A stretch of 64,000 nt of DNA, taken from positions 372,001 to 436,000 of the forward strand of contig JASTWF010000339.1 in assembly GCA_030390025.1 (NCBI GenBank), given 5' to 3'. Positions 12,263 to 25,167 of the stretch are shown piece after piece. The DNA is from Squalus acanthias. Its lineage: Eukaryota. Numbering within the stretch: position 1 is the stretch's first letter; the number at the start of each line of letters is the position of its first letter. Both the position numbers and the translations under genes were made by a program. Under the pieces are notes generated by a model. That model was not told the DNA's origin. It worked only from the letters and a program-made list of their open reading frames with translations, and searched no databases.

Positions 12263-12295
12263 TGTGTCCTGTGCATGCGCAGTGTGGGCCGCCGG

Positions 12296-13260
12296 ATAAA
12301 TCCCCCTCAGAATGTTATATGTTTCAATCAGATCACCTCTCATTCTTCTAAACTCCAATGAGTATCGGCTCAACCTTTCGTCATACGTCAACCCCTTCAT
12401 CCCAGGAATCAACCTAGTGAACCTTCTCTGTACTGCCTCCAATGCAAGTATATCCTTCCTTAAATATGGAGACCACAACTGTGTGCAGAACTCCAGGTGC
12501 GGTCTCACCAGCGCCCTGTAAAGTTGCATCAAAACTCCCCTACTTTAAAACTCCATACCCCTTGCAATAAAGGTCAACACTCCATTAGCCTTCCTAATTA
12601 CTTGCTGTACCTACATGCTAACTTTTTGTGTTACTGTTGAATCTGTATTGACCGCCCTATCAGGCAGTGCATTCCAAATCCTAACCACTCGTTGCATAAT
12701 AAATGCTTTTCCTCATGTCTCCTCTGATTCTTTGACCAATCACCTTAAATCCGTGCCCTCTTGTGATTGAACCTTCAGCCATTGGAAACAGTTTCTCTTT
12801 ATTTACTATTTAAACCCTTCATGATTTTTAACGCCTATCAAATCTCATCTTGGCCTTCTCTGCTCTCAGGAGAACAACCCCAGCTTCTCCAGTCTATCCA
12901 CGTAACTGTAATCCCTCATCCCTGGAACCATTCTGGTAAAGATCTCTGCACCCTCTCCAAAGCCTTCACATCCTTCCTAAAGTGTGGTGCCCAGAATTGG
13001 ACACAATATTCCCCTGGGGCTGAACTCGTGTTTTATAAAGGTTTAGCATAACTTCCTGGCTTTTGTACTCTGTGCCTCTATTTATAAAGCCCAGGATCCC
13101 ATCTGCTTTATTAACTGCTTTGTTAACCTGTCCTGCCACCTTCAAAGAATTGTGCACAAGCACCCTTGTTGCACCCCCCTTTAAAATTGTACCATTTAGC
13201 AGGTATTTTCTCTCCTCATCCGAGCAAAATGTATCACCTCACACTTTTCTGTATTGAATT
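12296..13260 (-). mobile_element. Two adjacent CR1 ORF2 3' fragments
   Basis: LYRALVRPHLEFC...EAVQRRFTRLIPG and SLKVAGQVNKAVNKADGILGFINRG on the minus strand. Confidence 0.85.
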
Positions 13261-13356
13261 TTATCTACACTCCTTTTACAGGGTTTCAGAAGTGGAGCAT
13301 TTACAGACAGGAAGCTCAGACCAGATCTGCCAGAGTCGCTCGATTCATCACCCTGA

Positions 13357-14656
<1,300 letters not shown>

Positions 14657-15115
14657 CTGGGGTGACCTGAACGTGGAATGGATGAATGTTTTATAAATTC
14701 TTGTACTGCTGTTTAATCTTTAAGACTGTTGTGCTGATGATTCCCTTTGTTTGATTGTTCATGGTGTTCCATAGAATGTACAGCACAGAAACAGTCCATT
14801 CGGCCCAACTGGTCCATGCCAGTGTTTATGCCCCACACCCACCCTACTTCAATTAACCCGATCAACATCTCCTCCCATTCCTTTCTCCCTCATGTGGCTT
14901 CCCCATAAATGTATCTGTGCTGTTCACCTCAACTACTCCTTGTGGTAGCGAGTTCCCCATTCTACCACTCGCTGGGTAAAGAAGTTTCTCCTGAATTACC
15001 GACTGGATTTATTAGTGACCATCTTATCATTATGGCCCCATAAATATGATGAGATTCTGTTAAGCTGACCAGTATGTTGTTGTACTTTGTCTTTTTCTGA
15101 TGAATGAAACATTAC

Positions 15116-15563
15116 TGAGCCCCTGTACCCGTGTTATGGGATGAAGTGCCAGACAAGTAAAGGCACAACGTCTGGGTGTGAATCTAATAATAACCTCACG
15201 GACCGTATAGGTGTGATAACCAGACGGGCTTGTGGTTATAGTCTGGTCACAGATGGACTAAATTCCCTGAATTAGCAGGAGTTCAGGAGGCGGTCAACAG
15301 ACGGGTCCAAACAATCCCATTTCCTGAGCGGTAACCAAGCTTGTGTATAAGAACAGGCCACTTAAGCCGTTGTCAGTTGGAACAGACTCGAGAAGATCGC
15401 GCGTGAATCCACTGTACTTCTATTCTCCAGATTGAGGGAATTATCACCCGATCTGTGTTATGCAGCGCTGTTAATAAAGCCTGGAGAGACAATTTGTGTT
15501 CTTGTGAGCTTGATTATCTGGTATCCGAAACCCTGGGACTCCCGATCATTAGAGTCAACCTCA
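15116..15563 (+). mobile_element. Possible solo LTR
   Basis: ~440 bp, TG...CA ends, TATAAG at ~15346 and AATAAA at ~15472. Copies at 26265-26573 (partial) and 30975-31425 (minus). No TSD found. Confidence 0.35.
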
Positions 15564-15755
15564 GTGTGTGGAAAGGGATTCCCTGGTGTCTCCCACCCGC
15601 TGACACACCAGAGTGTCCACATTGTGACTGCGGTGGGTCGATTCCACTGTTTCTGATGCCTTTAATCACATCCAGGACTGAACCATGTTAATTCAGGCAA
15701 CTGGGGCTTGCGAATGTTAAGAGCCCCCAATAACTGGGCTGGATTTAAAGATTAT
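15561..15755 (+). pseudogene. Orphan terminal zinc finger + ZNF 3' UTR
   Basis: SVCGKGFPGVSHPLTHQSVH, then taatcacatccaggactgaaccatg...aactgggctgga as in the ZNF 3' UTRs at 61300-61430 and 62855-62910 (minus). Confidence 0.6.
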
Positions 15756-15796
15756 TCCCTGTTCTCTCAGTACTAGTGAGCAGAGAGAAGCTGATG

Positions 15797-16190
15797 TTAG
15801 AGAATCATAGAGCACAGTAGGATGCCTTTCGGCCCATCGTGCTGGTGCCGGCTCTCTGAAAGAGCGATGCAATTAGTCCCACTGCCCTGCTCTTTCCCCA
15901 CAGCCCTGCAAATTTCTGCTTCTAGTATATATCCAATTCCCTTTTGAAAGTTACTATTGAATCTGCTTCCACCTCCCATTCAGGCAGTGCATTCCAGATC
16001 ATCACAATTCGCTGTGTAAAAAAAATCTCCTCATTTCCTCTCTAGATTCTTTCACCAATGATCTGAAATCTGTGTCCTCTCGTTACCGACCCTCCTGCCA
16101 GTGACAACAGCTTCTCCTTGTTTGCTCGATCAAAACCCCTCATAATTTTGAGCCCCTCGATCACATCTCCACTTAACCGTCTCTGCTCCA
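15797..16190 (-). mobile_element. CR1 3' end
   Basis: CR1 ORF2 C-terminus and tail on the minus strand; mirrored at 30345-30742. Confidence 0.8.
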
Positions 16191-16200
16191 AGTTATATTG

Positions 16201-16410
16201 AGAGGTCGCACAACACCAGGTTATAGTCCAACAGTTTTATTTTAAATCACAAGCTTTCGGAGCTATCGCTCCTTCCTCACTTCACCTGAGGAAGGAGCGA
16301 TAGCTCCGAAAGCTTGTGATTTCAAATAAAACTGTTGGACTATAACCTGGTGTTGTGCGACCTCTCAATTTTGTCCACCCCAGTCCAACACCGGCATCTC
16401 CGCATCATGA
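16201..16410. mobile_element. Non-autonomous Penelope-derived mini-element: inverted pLTR pair, 13-bp TSD
   Basis: Arms 16197-16279 and 16287-16369 are near-perfect inverted repeats of the pLTR at 44948-45040. TSD ccaagttatattg at 16188-16200 and 16411-16423. Empty site at 30338-30350 (minus). Confidence 0.9.
16282..16319 (+). ncRNA. Minimal type I hammerhead ribozyme, intact core
   Basis: tcac-CTGAGGA-a-GGAGC gata GCTCC-GAAA-gctt-gtga: stem I tcac/gtga, 5-bp stem II, palindromic AGCT stem III. Confidence 0.8.
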
Positions 16411-16629
16411 CCAAGTTATATTGCCATTGTTTTGTGAATTGTTGCTGTGATCGAGGTGCTGGATGTCCGTGCCTGGGGAATGGGACATTCTATCCTCGTG
16501 AGCACCGAGTGTCAGCATCCAGCAATCTCTGGTCAGGGACTGTCTTTTTAAACTGCCTCACCTGAGGTTTTTCACTCCCTGATTTCATTAGTAAACATTT
16601 CAGAGTTTTTGCAGAGTGACCAAGGCTGA

Positions 16630-17441
16630 ACAGATAAATGTGAGGTATTACATTTTGGTAGGAAGAATGGGGAGGTCACTATCACTTGGAGGGTGTGAGT
16701 CTAGGTGGGGTAGAGGAACAAAGGGATCTCGGAGTACAAATACACAAATCACTAAAAGTTGCGACACAGGTTAGCAAGGCCATAGAAAAAGCAAACCAAA
16801 CACTAGGGTTTATTTCTAGAGGTATAGAATTGAAAAGTAGTGAAGTTATGCTAAACCTGTATCGAACCTTGGTTAGACCACACTTAGAGTACTGCGTGCA
16901 GTTCTGGTCGCCATATTATAAAAAGGATATAGAGGCCCTGGAGAGGGTGCAGAGAAGATTTACAAGGATGATACCAGAAATGCGAGGGTATACATATCAG
17001 GAAAGGATGAACAGGCTGGGTCTCTTTTCTCTTGAAAAAAGAAGGCTGAGGGGTGATCTAATAGTGATCTTTAAAATTACGAAAAATGTTGATAGAGTGG
17101 ATAGAGAGAAATGTTTCCACTTGTGGGGAAGAGCATAACTAGAGGCCATCAATATAAGATAGTCACCAAGAAATCCAATCTGGAATTCAGAAGAAACTTC
17201 TTTACCCAAAGATTGGTGAGAATGTGGAATTCGCTACCACAGGGAGTGGTTGAAGCGAATAGTATCGAAGCATTTAAGGGGAGGCTAGACAAGCATATGA
17301 GGGAGAAGGGAATAGAGGATTATGCTGATAGATTTAGATGAGGAAAGACTGGAGGAGGCTCGAGTGGAGCATAAACACCGGCATGGACTGGTTGGGCCGA
17401 ATGGCCTGTTTCTGTGCCGTATATCCTGTGTAATCCTGTGT
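16630..17441 (+). mobile_element. CR1 LINE 3' part
   Basis: RDLGVQIHKSLK...RPHLEYCVQFWSP...RNFFTQR plus tail; mirrored at 29320-30135. Confidence 0.9.
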
Positions 17442-17473
17442 CAAGTATCCCAGCTGGCTTAGCTCCAGGCACT

Positions 17474-17930
17474 TTAGCTCAGTGGGCAGCACTCTCACCT
17501 CTGAGTCAGAAGGTCATGGGTTCAAGTCCCAGTCCAGAGACTTGAGTGTAAAAATCTAGGTTGACACTCCAGTACTGAGAGAGTGCTGCACTGTCAGAGG
17601 TGCCGTCTTTCGGATGAGATGTTAAACCGAGGCCCCCGTCTGCTCTTTCAGGTGGACGTAAAAGATCCCATGGCACTACATTGAAGAAGCGCAGGGGAGT
17701 TCTCCCCGCTGTCCTGGGGTCAATATTTATCCCTCAATCAACATCACTGAAATAGATTATCTGGTCATTGTCACATTGCTGTTTGTGGGAGCTTGCTGTG
17801 CGCCAATTGGCTGCCGCGTTTCCTACATTACAACAGTGACTACACTTCAGAAGTTCTTCATTGGCAGTAAAGCGCTTTGGGACGCGCTGAGGTTGTGAAA
17901 GGCGCTATATAAATGCAAGTCTTTCTTTCT
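17474..17930 (+). mobile_element. tRNA-headed Deu/Nin-domain SINE (SacSINE1/AmnSINE1-like)
   Basis: A box tagctcagtggg, B box ggttcaagtccc, central gtctttcggatgagatgttaaaccgagg...gtaaaagatcccatggcac domain (recognised from memory), and an L2-like tail ending (cttt)n. Confidence 0.75.
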
Positions 17931-18229
17931 CAGCAAGAGGGCGAGTGTCAGTGGTTGGAGGGAGGAGCTCAGTGTTGTCACTGGGTGGACACAGACAGAT
18001 TGAAGCTGAAAGACAGAGAATGCTGAAGTTTGGAATGATAGCACCCAAAGTCAGGAGACGATCCCTTTGTCTCGATAAGGGAGGTGGTTGCTAAGAGACC
18101 CTCAGACCTAATAACACTGCAAACTGCTCAGGCAGCAGACTTGTTGCAACATGTGAGGTCACGAGTGAGTTGGTGCACAGACAACAGAGCCTTGCGCATT
18201 CCTGAGAGACACAAACTGGTTCTGTAGCC

Positions 18230-18810
18230 TTGTAGGTCCTTCCTATCCACTCTATCTCGGCCCCTGATAATTTTATGCACCTCAATTAGGTCTCCCCTCA
18301 GCCTCGTCCATTCCAAAGAAAACAACTGCAGCCTATCCAATCTCTCCTTATAGCTAAAATTCCCCAGCCCAGGCAACATCCTCGTAAATCTCCTCTGCAC
18401 GCACTCTAGTGCAATCACATCCTTCCTTTAATGTGGTGACCAGAACTGCACGCAGTATTCTAGCTGCGGCCTAACTAGTGTTTTATACAGTTCAAGCATA
18501 ACCTCCCTGCTCTTATATTCTATGCCTCGGCTAATAAAGGCAAATATCCCGTATGCCTTCTTAACCACCTTATCTACCTGTCCTGCTACCTTCAGGGATC
18601 TGTGGACCTGCACTCCAAGGTCCCTCTGATCCTCTGCACTTCTCAGTGTCCTACCATTTAAAGTGTATTCCCTTGCCTTGTTAGCCCTCCCCAAATGCAT
18701 TACCTCACACATCTCCAGATTGAATTCTATTTGCCACCGTTCTGCCCACCTGACCAGTCCATTGCCATCTTCCTGCAGTCTGCAGCTTTCTTCTTCACTA
18801 TCAACCACAA
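18230..18810 (-). mobile_element. CR1 ORF2 fragment, present in left arm only
   Basis: RWAERWQIEFN...LVRPQLEYCVQFWSP. The right arm has ~65 bp of other sequence at this point (28460-28525). Confidence 0.85.
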
Positions 18811-19069
18811 TCAATGACTAGTGGATAAGAACAGAGAGGCCTACATGCAGCCCCAGGCAGCTGAATAGTATCAAGGTGGAGCCTATGTCCTGCAATAGTT
18901 CGAACTCTCAGGACGGCCGGAAGTCCACAGCCGAGCAGGCAGTCTAGAGAGTCGGAACTGCTGGCTCCGGGGTCGAGGAACCGGGTTGTGCTACTTGCAT
19001 GTCATTCAATGTAATCTGAAGACAGTTGTATTGTGAGACTGTAGTGAGTCAATATCTAGTAAAGTATTA

Positions 19070-19630
19070 CACAGTATTTACAGCACAGAAACAGGCCAAT
19101 GGGCCCAGCAGATCTCTGCCGGTGTTTATGCTCCACACGAGCCATCTCCCCCCATCAACATATCCCTCATGAGCTTATCTCGCGTCCCCTTGAAAGCATC
19201 TAAACTATTCGCCTCAACCACTCCCTCTGGTAGCGAGTTCCACATTCTCACCACTCTCTGGGGAAAGAAGTTACTATTGGATTTATTAGTGAATATCTTA
19301 TATTTATGGCCCCTAGTTCTGGTCTGGCTGCCAGTGGAAACATCTTCTCTGTATCTACTCTATCACACCCTTTGATAATCTTAAAGTCTTTTATTAGGTC
19401 ACCCCTCAGACTTCTCTTTTCTAGAGAAAAGAGCCCCAGCCAGTTCAATCTTTTCTAATAGGTACAATCTCTCAGTTCTGGGATCATCTTTTTTGCACCT
19501 TCTCCAGTGCCTCTATATCCTTTGTATAATATGGGCACCAGAACTGTGTCCAGTGCTCCAACTATGGTCTAACCAAGGTTCAATACAAGGTTCACCTAAC
19601 CTCTCTGCTTTTCAATTCTGTCCCTCTAGT
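19070..19630 (-). mobile_element. CR1 3' end
   Basis: LGLFSLEKRSLRGDLI on the minus strand plus CR1 tail. Confidence 0.8.
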
Positions 19631-19634
19631 GCTA

Positions 19635-22600
19635 CTTGTCTCTCCCAGTCCTCTCTACACCTGGTTTCTCCTCTCTAATGTTTCATCCTGGTGCCCATCC
19701 CCCTGTCAAATTAATTTAAACCCTCCCCCACAGCACGAGTTAACCTTCCCGCGAGGACATTGGTCCCAGCTCTGTTGAGGTGCAACCCATCCACCTTGGA
19801 CAGGTCCTCCTGCTCCAGAACTGGTCCCAATGCCCCAGGAATCTGAAGCCCTCCTTCCTGCACCATTTCACCAGCCACGCATTAACAGGACTTATCCTAC
19901 TATTCCTACACTCACTAGGGCGTGGCACTGGGAGTAATCCAGACATTGCTACCTTTGTGGGCCTGCTCTTTGATTTCCTCCCGTGTTCCTGAAACTCTGC
20001 CTGCAGGACCTCAGCCCTTTTCCTTCATATGTCATTGGTTCCCACATGGACCACGACTCCTGGCTGTTCATCTTCCCCCCTCAAAATGTTCTGCACCCTC
20101 TCAGTGAAGTCCTTTACCCCGGCACCAGGGAGGCAACACACCGTGCGGGACGCACATTGAGGGTTGCAGAAACGCCTGTCTATCCCCCCTGACTATCGAA
20201 TCCCCGATGACACTGGATTTCAACACTTTGCTGTGTCCCCCTGTGCAGGCATTGCCCCACAGTGCAGTGGATGCGCTCTAGACTGCACTCTCCCGAGATG
20301 TCCCGGGGGATTCCTGCACTGCCTTGCCTCCTCAAACCCTGCTGGGCAGCCACGCAGTTACAATTGTCTCTCCTGCTAGTCAACCGTGGCTAACAAGGGA
20401 TATTAGGGATAGCATAAGATCCAAGGAGAGGACAAATAAATTGGCCAGAAAAAGCAGTAAACCTGAGGATTGGGAGCAGTTTAGGATTCCACAAATGAGG
20501 ACAAAGGGATTAATTAAGAAGGGGAAAATAGAATATGAGAGGAAGCTTGCAGGGAACATAAAAACTGACTGTAGAAACTTTTATAGATATGTGAAGAGAA
20601 AAAGATTGGTGAAGTCAAGCATAGGTCCTTTGCAGTCAGAATCAGGGGAACTTATAATGGGGAACAAAGAAATTGCAGACCAATTAAATACATATTTTGG
20701 TTCTGTCTTCACAAAGGAGGACACAAATAATCTCCCAGAGATGTCGGGGAACATAGGGTCTGATGAAAGGGAGGAACTGAAAGAAATCAGTACTTGTAGG
20801 GAAATGGTGTTAGGGAAATTGGCGGGATTGAAGGCTGATAAATCCCCAGGGGCTGATAATCTACACCCTAGAGTAATTAAGGAAGTGGTCCAAGAAATAG
20901 TAGATGCATTGCTGATCATCTTCCAACATTCGATGGAATCTGGAACAATACCCATGGATTGGAGGGTAGCTAATGTTACCCCACTATTCAAAAAAGGTGG
21001 TAGAGAGAAAACAGGGAATTACAGACCGGTAAGCCTGACATCGGTAGTGGGGAAAATGCTAGAGTCCATTATAAAGGATGTAATAGCAGAGCACTTGGAA
21101 AACAGTGACAGGATCGGACAAAGTCAACATGGATTTACAAAAGGTAAATCGTGCCTGACTAATCTACTGGAATTTTTTGAGGATGTAACTGGTAAAATAG
21201 ATAAGGGAGAACCAGTGAATGTGGTGTATTTGGACTTTCAAAAGGCTTTCGATAAGGTCCCGCATAAGAGATTGCCGTGTAAAGTTAAGGCACATGGGAT
21301 TGGGGGCAAGGTACTGACTTGGATAGAGAACTGGTTGGCAGACAGAAAGCAAAGATTTGGAATAAATGGGTCTTTTTCCGAGTGGCAGGCAATGACTAGT
21401 GGGGTACCGCAGGGATCAGTCCTTGGACCCCAGCTATTCACAATATATATTAATGATCTAGACAAGGGAACTAGATGTATTATCTCCAAGTTTGCAGATG
21501 ACACAAAGCTGGGTGGGCGTGTGTGCTGTGAGGAGGATGCTGAGAAACTCCAGGATGATTTGGACAGGTTGGGTGATTGGGCAGAAGCATGGCAGATGCA
21601 ATATAACGTGGATAAATGCGAGGTTATCCACTTTGGTGTCAAAAACAGGAAGGCAGATTATTATCTGAATGGCAATAGATTGGGAGAAGGGGAAGTGCAA
21701 CGAGACCTGGGTGTCCTTGTGCACCAGTCGCTGAAGGTAAGCATGTAGGTGCAGCAGGCGGTTAAGAAGGCAAATGGTATGTTGGCCTTCGTAGCGAGAG
21801 GGGTTGAGTACAGGAACAAGGATGTCTTGCTGCAGTTGTACAGGGCCTTGGTAAGACCACATTTTGAGTATTGTGTGCAGTTTTGGTCGCCTTATCTGAG
21901 GTCGCCTTGCCATGGAGGGAGTGCAGCGAAGATTCACCAGACTGTTACCTGGGATGGCAGGAATGACGTATGAGGAGAGATTGGGTCAATTGGGCTTATA
22001 CTCGCTGGAGTTTAGAAGAATGAGAGGGGATCTCATTGAAACTTATAAAATCCTGCAGGACTGGACAGACTAGATGCAGGAAGGATGTTCCCGATCGCCG
22101 GGGAGTCCAGAACCAGGGGTCACAGTCTAAGGATAAGGGGTAAGCCATTTAGGACTGAGATGAGGAGGAATTTCTTCACCCAGAGAGTGGTGAACCTGTG
22201 GAATTCTCTACCACAGAAGGCAGTAGAGGCCAATTCATTAAATATATTCAAGAAGGAGTTGGATATGTTTCTTAAGGCTAAAGGGATCAAGGGATATGGG
22301 GAGAAGCAGGGACAGGGTTCTGAATTTGGATGATCAGCCATGATATCATTAAATGGCAGAGCAGGCTCGAGGGGCCGAATGGATTACTCCTGCTCCTATC
22401 CTCTATGTTTCTATGTTTACAATTCTCCCGAGATGTCCCGGTGGATGCCTGCACTGCCTTGCCTCCTCAAACCCTGCTGGGGGGCCACCCAGTTACAATT
22501 CCCACGAACTCTCTGTAGCTGCGGGGTGACCACCTCCTGGAACGTGCGCTCCAGGAAACTCTCAGCCTCCCGTCTGCCCTGCAGTGACTCCAGCCACTCC

Positions 22601-22740
22601 TCAAGCTCGGAGACCCTGAGCTCGAGTTCCAGCCACTGGAGGCGCTTCCTGCACACGCGGTTCTCCAGGACACGTGAAGCGTCCCGGAGTTCCCGCCTGG
22701 CACGGGAATTGCAGCCATCGGTCCCATCGTTTGGCTTAAA
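19635..22740 (-). mobile_element. CR1 5' part (ORF1, SGNH/GDSL esterase type), split by another CR1
   Basis: 22417-22656 encodes a coiled coil (LELRVSELEEWLESL...FQEVVTP). 19740-19946 encodes the esterase end (NAWLVKWCRKEGFRFLGHWDQFW...DGLHLNRAG). Confidence 0.75.
20366..22416 (+). mobile_element. CR1 LINE ORF2 (RT), 5'-truncated, 8-bp TSD
   Basis: 474-aa ORF with YLDFQKAFD, GVPQGSVLGP and FADD; tail (ctatgttt)2. TSD ttacaatt at 20358-20365 and 22417-22424. Confidence 0.92.
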
Positions 22741-22899
22741 ATCTATCTACTTAAGCTATATATATATCTGATGTTGGGTTAGTGTCCCCTTCCCCCTGTT
22801 TATTATTCAATCAGTGATTGTCCCTTTGCCAGGCCCGCTGCCTGCGGCCCCTCTCCCAGATTCCAGCCCCAGCTCTGTGCTGACTGAGCTGCTCTCACC

Positions 22900-23700
22900 T
22901 GGGGACAGCGCGTCACAATCGGCCCCAGCGCACCTGAGCTGGTCACCAGATCCCGCCCCCTTGCCGCGCCGCCATTGGTTGGAGGACCCACCGCCAGTTG
23001 GCTCCGCCCACCTCCGCCCGCGCTTTCTATTGGTTAGTGCTCCTGTCAGTCACATGCCGTGCCCCGGGGATCACGTGCTCCAGTTCACTCCGCCCCCTCG
23101 TCATGCCACGTGATGGGCGCGGCTGAATCCATTCGGTGGCCGCGGAGCTCCCGCACCCTATTGGTCGGAAGCAAACGTCAATCAGGCCCTGGGCCCGGTG
23201 ACGTGTCCTTGGAGTGCGCGCCGCCAAACTGAAGAAGCTCTGCTCGGGGCCTGGATCCGCGGACTCTCAGGTTTGGATTCCCTTTTATTCTCTCCCCTCC
23301 TCTGATCTCAATCGGATCTGGGGGAAAACTCACTTTCCCTCACTGATTGCGGCTCTTAACCAACACCGACTTTACAAAAAAAGCCCCGCGCGGCAGCCTG
23401 GAGCTCTGGGCCCAGCGCGCAGGTGCAGGGCAGGATGATTGACAGGGGCCCAGGGTGTGTGCTGAGCATGCGCGGTGCGGACCGGGCGCCTGCGGAGCAG
23501 GAGAGGGCGGGGCCATGGGGCGCATGCGCGGTGTCAGCCACAACTCAGCGCGGCGGCCCGAGCGGTGTCTGGAGCGCGGGGGCTTGTGGGCATTGCAGCC
23601 GCCATTACTGTTGATCCTTTCAACCAACCTGTGCAGCAGCTGGGGCCTGAAAATCAGCTTCACTGCCCCTGGGCTGGGAAAGGGCGACATGATGCAACAT
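22900..23700 (+). promoter_or_regulatory. CpG-island promoter and 5' region of the ZNF gene at 23746
   Basis: Three ATTGG (reverse CCAAT) boxes, several CCGCCC boxes, CACGTG twice and GCGCATGCGC at ~23520. Homologous to the reverse complement of 34370-34500. Confidence 0.7.
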
Positions 23701-23745
23701 TCTCCCTCTTACCCCTTTCTCAACTCCTTTTACAGGGTTTTAGAA

Positions 23746-24971
23746 ATGGAGCATTTACAGACAGGAAGCTCAGACCAAACGTCATGTCATGATCTGACAG
23801 AGTCACTCGATTCATCAGGAACTGAATATCATCGCCCTTCGCACATGAAAGGAGAGAGCAGCGATCGCAGCGCAGACAAAACGCACACGTGTTCCGTGCA
23901 TGGACTCGCCTTCAGCCGACCGCCTGACGTGGCGAGACACGTGCACCGTCACACCGGGGAGAAACCGGGTAAAAGTGGGGACAGCAGGAAGCGATTCAGT
24001 TCCCCATCTATGTCAGAAGATCATCCGCACAGTCACCCTGGGGACCGTCCGTTCACCTGCTCCGTGTGCGGGAAGGGATTCACTCGCAGCTTCCAGCTGC
24101 TGAGACACCAGCTTGTCCACACTGATGAGAGAGCGTTTCAATGTTCCGACTGTGGGAAGAGGTTTAAAAGCTCCACGAATCTGATGACACACCAGCGGTC
24201 TCACACTGGAGAGAGACCGTTCACCTGCTCTGTGTGTGGGAAGGGTTTCACTGCGTCATTCAACCTGCTGCAACATGAGGGAGTTCACACTGGAGAGAGG
24301 CCTTTCTCCTGCTGTGAGTGTGGGAAGCGTTTCACTCAGTCATCCAACCTGCAGATACACCAGCGAGTTCACACTGGGGAGAGGCCATTCACCTGCTCGT
24401 GTGTGGGAAGGGATTCACGCAGTTATCCAACCTGCAGTTACACCACCAAGTTCACACTGAAGAGAGACCGTTTACATGTTCCGACTGTGGGAAAAGTTTT
24501 AAAAGCTCCGGGGTTCTGACCAGACACCAGCGAGTTCACACTGGGGAGAGGCCATTTCCCTGCTCTGTGTGTGGGAAGGGATTCACTGATTCATCTAAGC
24601 TGCTGACACACCAGCGAGTTCACACTGATGAGAGAGCGTTTCAATGTTCTGTCTGTCAGAAGAGCTTTAAATACTCCGGGGACCTGAAGCAACACCAGCT
24701 TGTTCACACTGATGAGAAACCATTTAAATGTTCTGACTGTGGGAAGAGCTTTAAAAGATCCGGGGCTCTGACCAGACACCAGCGAGTTCACACTGGGGAG
24801 AGGCTGTTTCCCTGCTCCGTGTGTGGAAAGAGATTCTTGCAGTCCACTAACCTCCTGGCACACCAGCTTGTTCACACTGATGGGAGAGCGTTTACATGTT
24901 CTGACTGTGGAAAGAGCTTTAAAAACTCCTATAATCTGCTGAGACACCAGCGAGTTCACACTGTTCTGTAG
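23746..24971 (+). pseudogene. C2H2 ZNF gene, 11 fingers, single 1-bp frameshift in finger 5
   Basis: Acceptor + ATG at 23746 ([11 protein letters not shown]). acctgctcgtgtgt at 24391-24404 lacks one base relative to the usual acctgctccgtgtgt. The shifted frame continues to HTVL-stop. Confidence 0.8.
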
Positions 24972-25167
24972 CGCAGGGCCCTGCAGATAGATGGGGAAAC
25001 ATGAACGTGGAACGGATGAATGTTTTATAAATTCTTGTACTGCTGTTTAATCTTTCAAACTGTTGTGCTGATGATTCCCTTGATTTGACTGTACATGTTA
25101 TTTTTCTTTTTTTCCTTATCACAGGCAATTGCCTGTTAAAAGTCAACCACGTGCCCCTTTTTAAAAG

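Noticed and set aside
16247..16285. Second hammerhead on the minus strand of the mini-element
   Set aside because: The inversion removes core C3 and the 5' stem I strand (it reads GUGAGGA), so it is incomplete.
17474..17545. tRNA gene (also 29215-29287 and 34670-34747)
   Set aside because: The A/B boxes run straight into SINE body sequence, and no acceptor stem or terminator is evident.
17935..19071. Possible LTR (TGTAA...TTACA) split by CR1
   Set aside because: No TSD, PBS or PPT; the right end coincides with a CR1 tail, so the evidence is insufficient.
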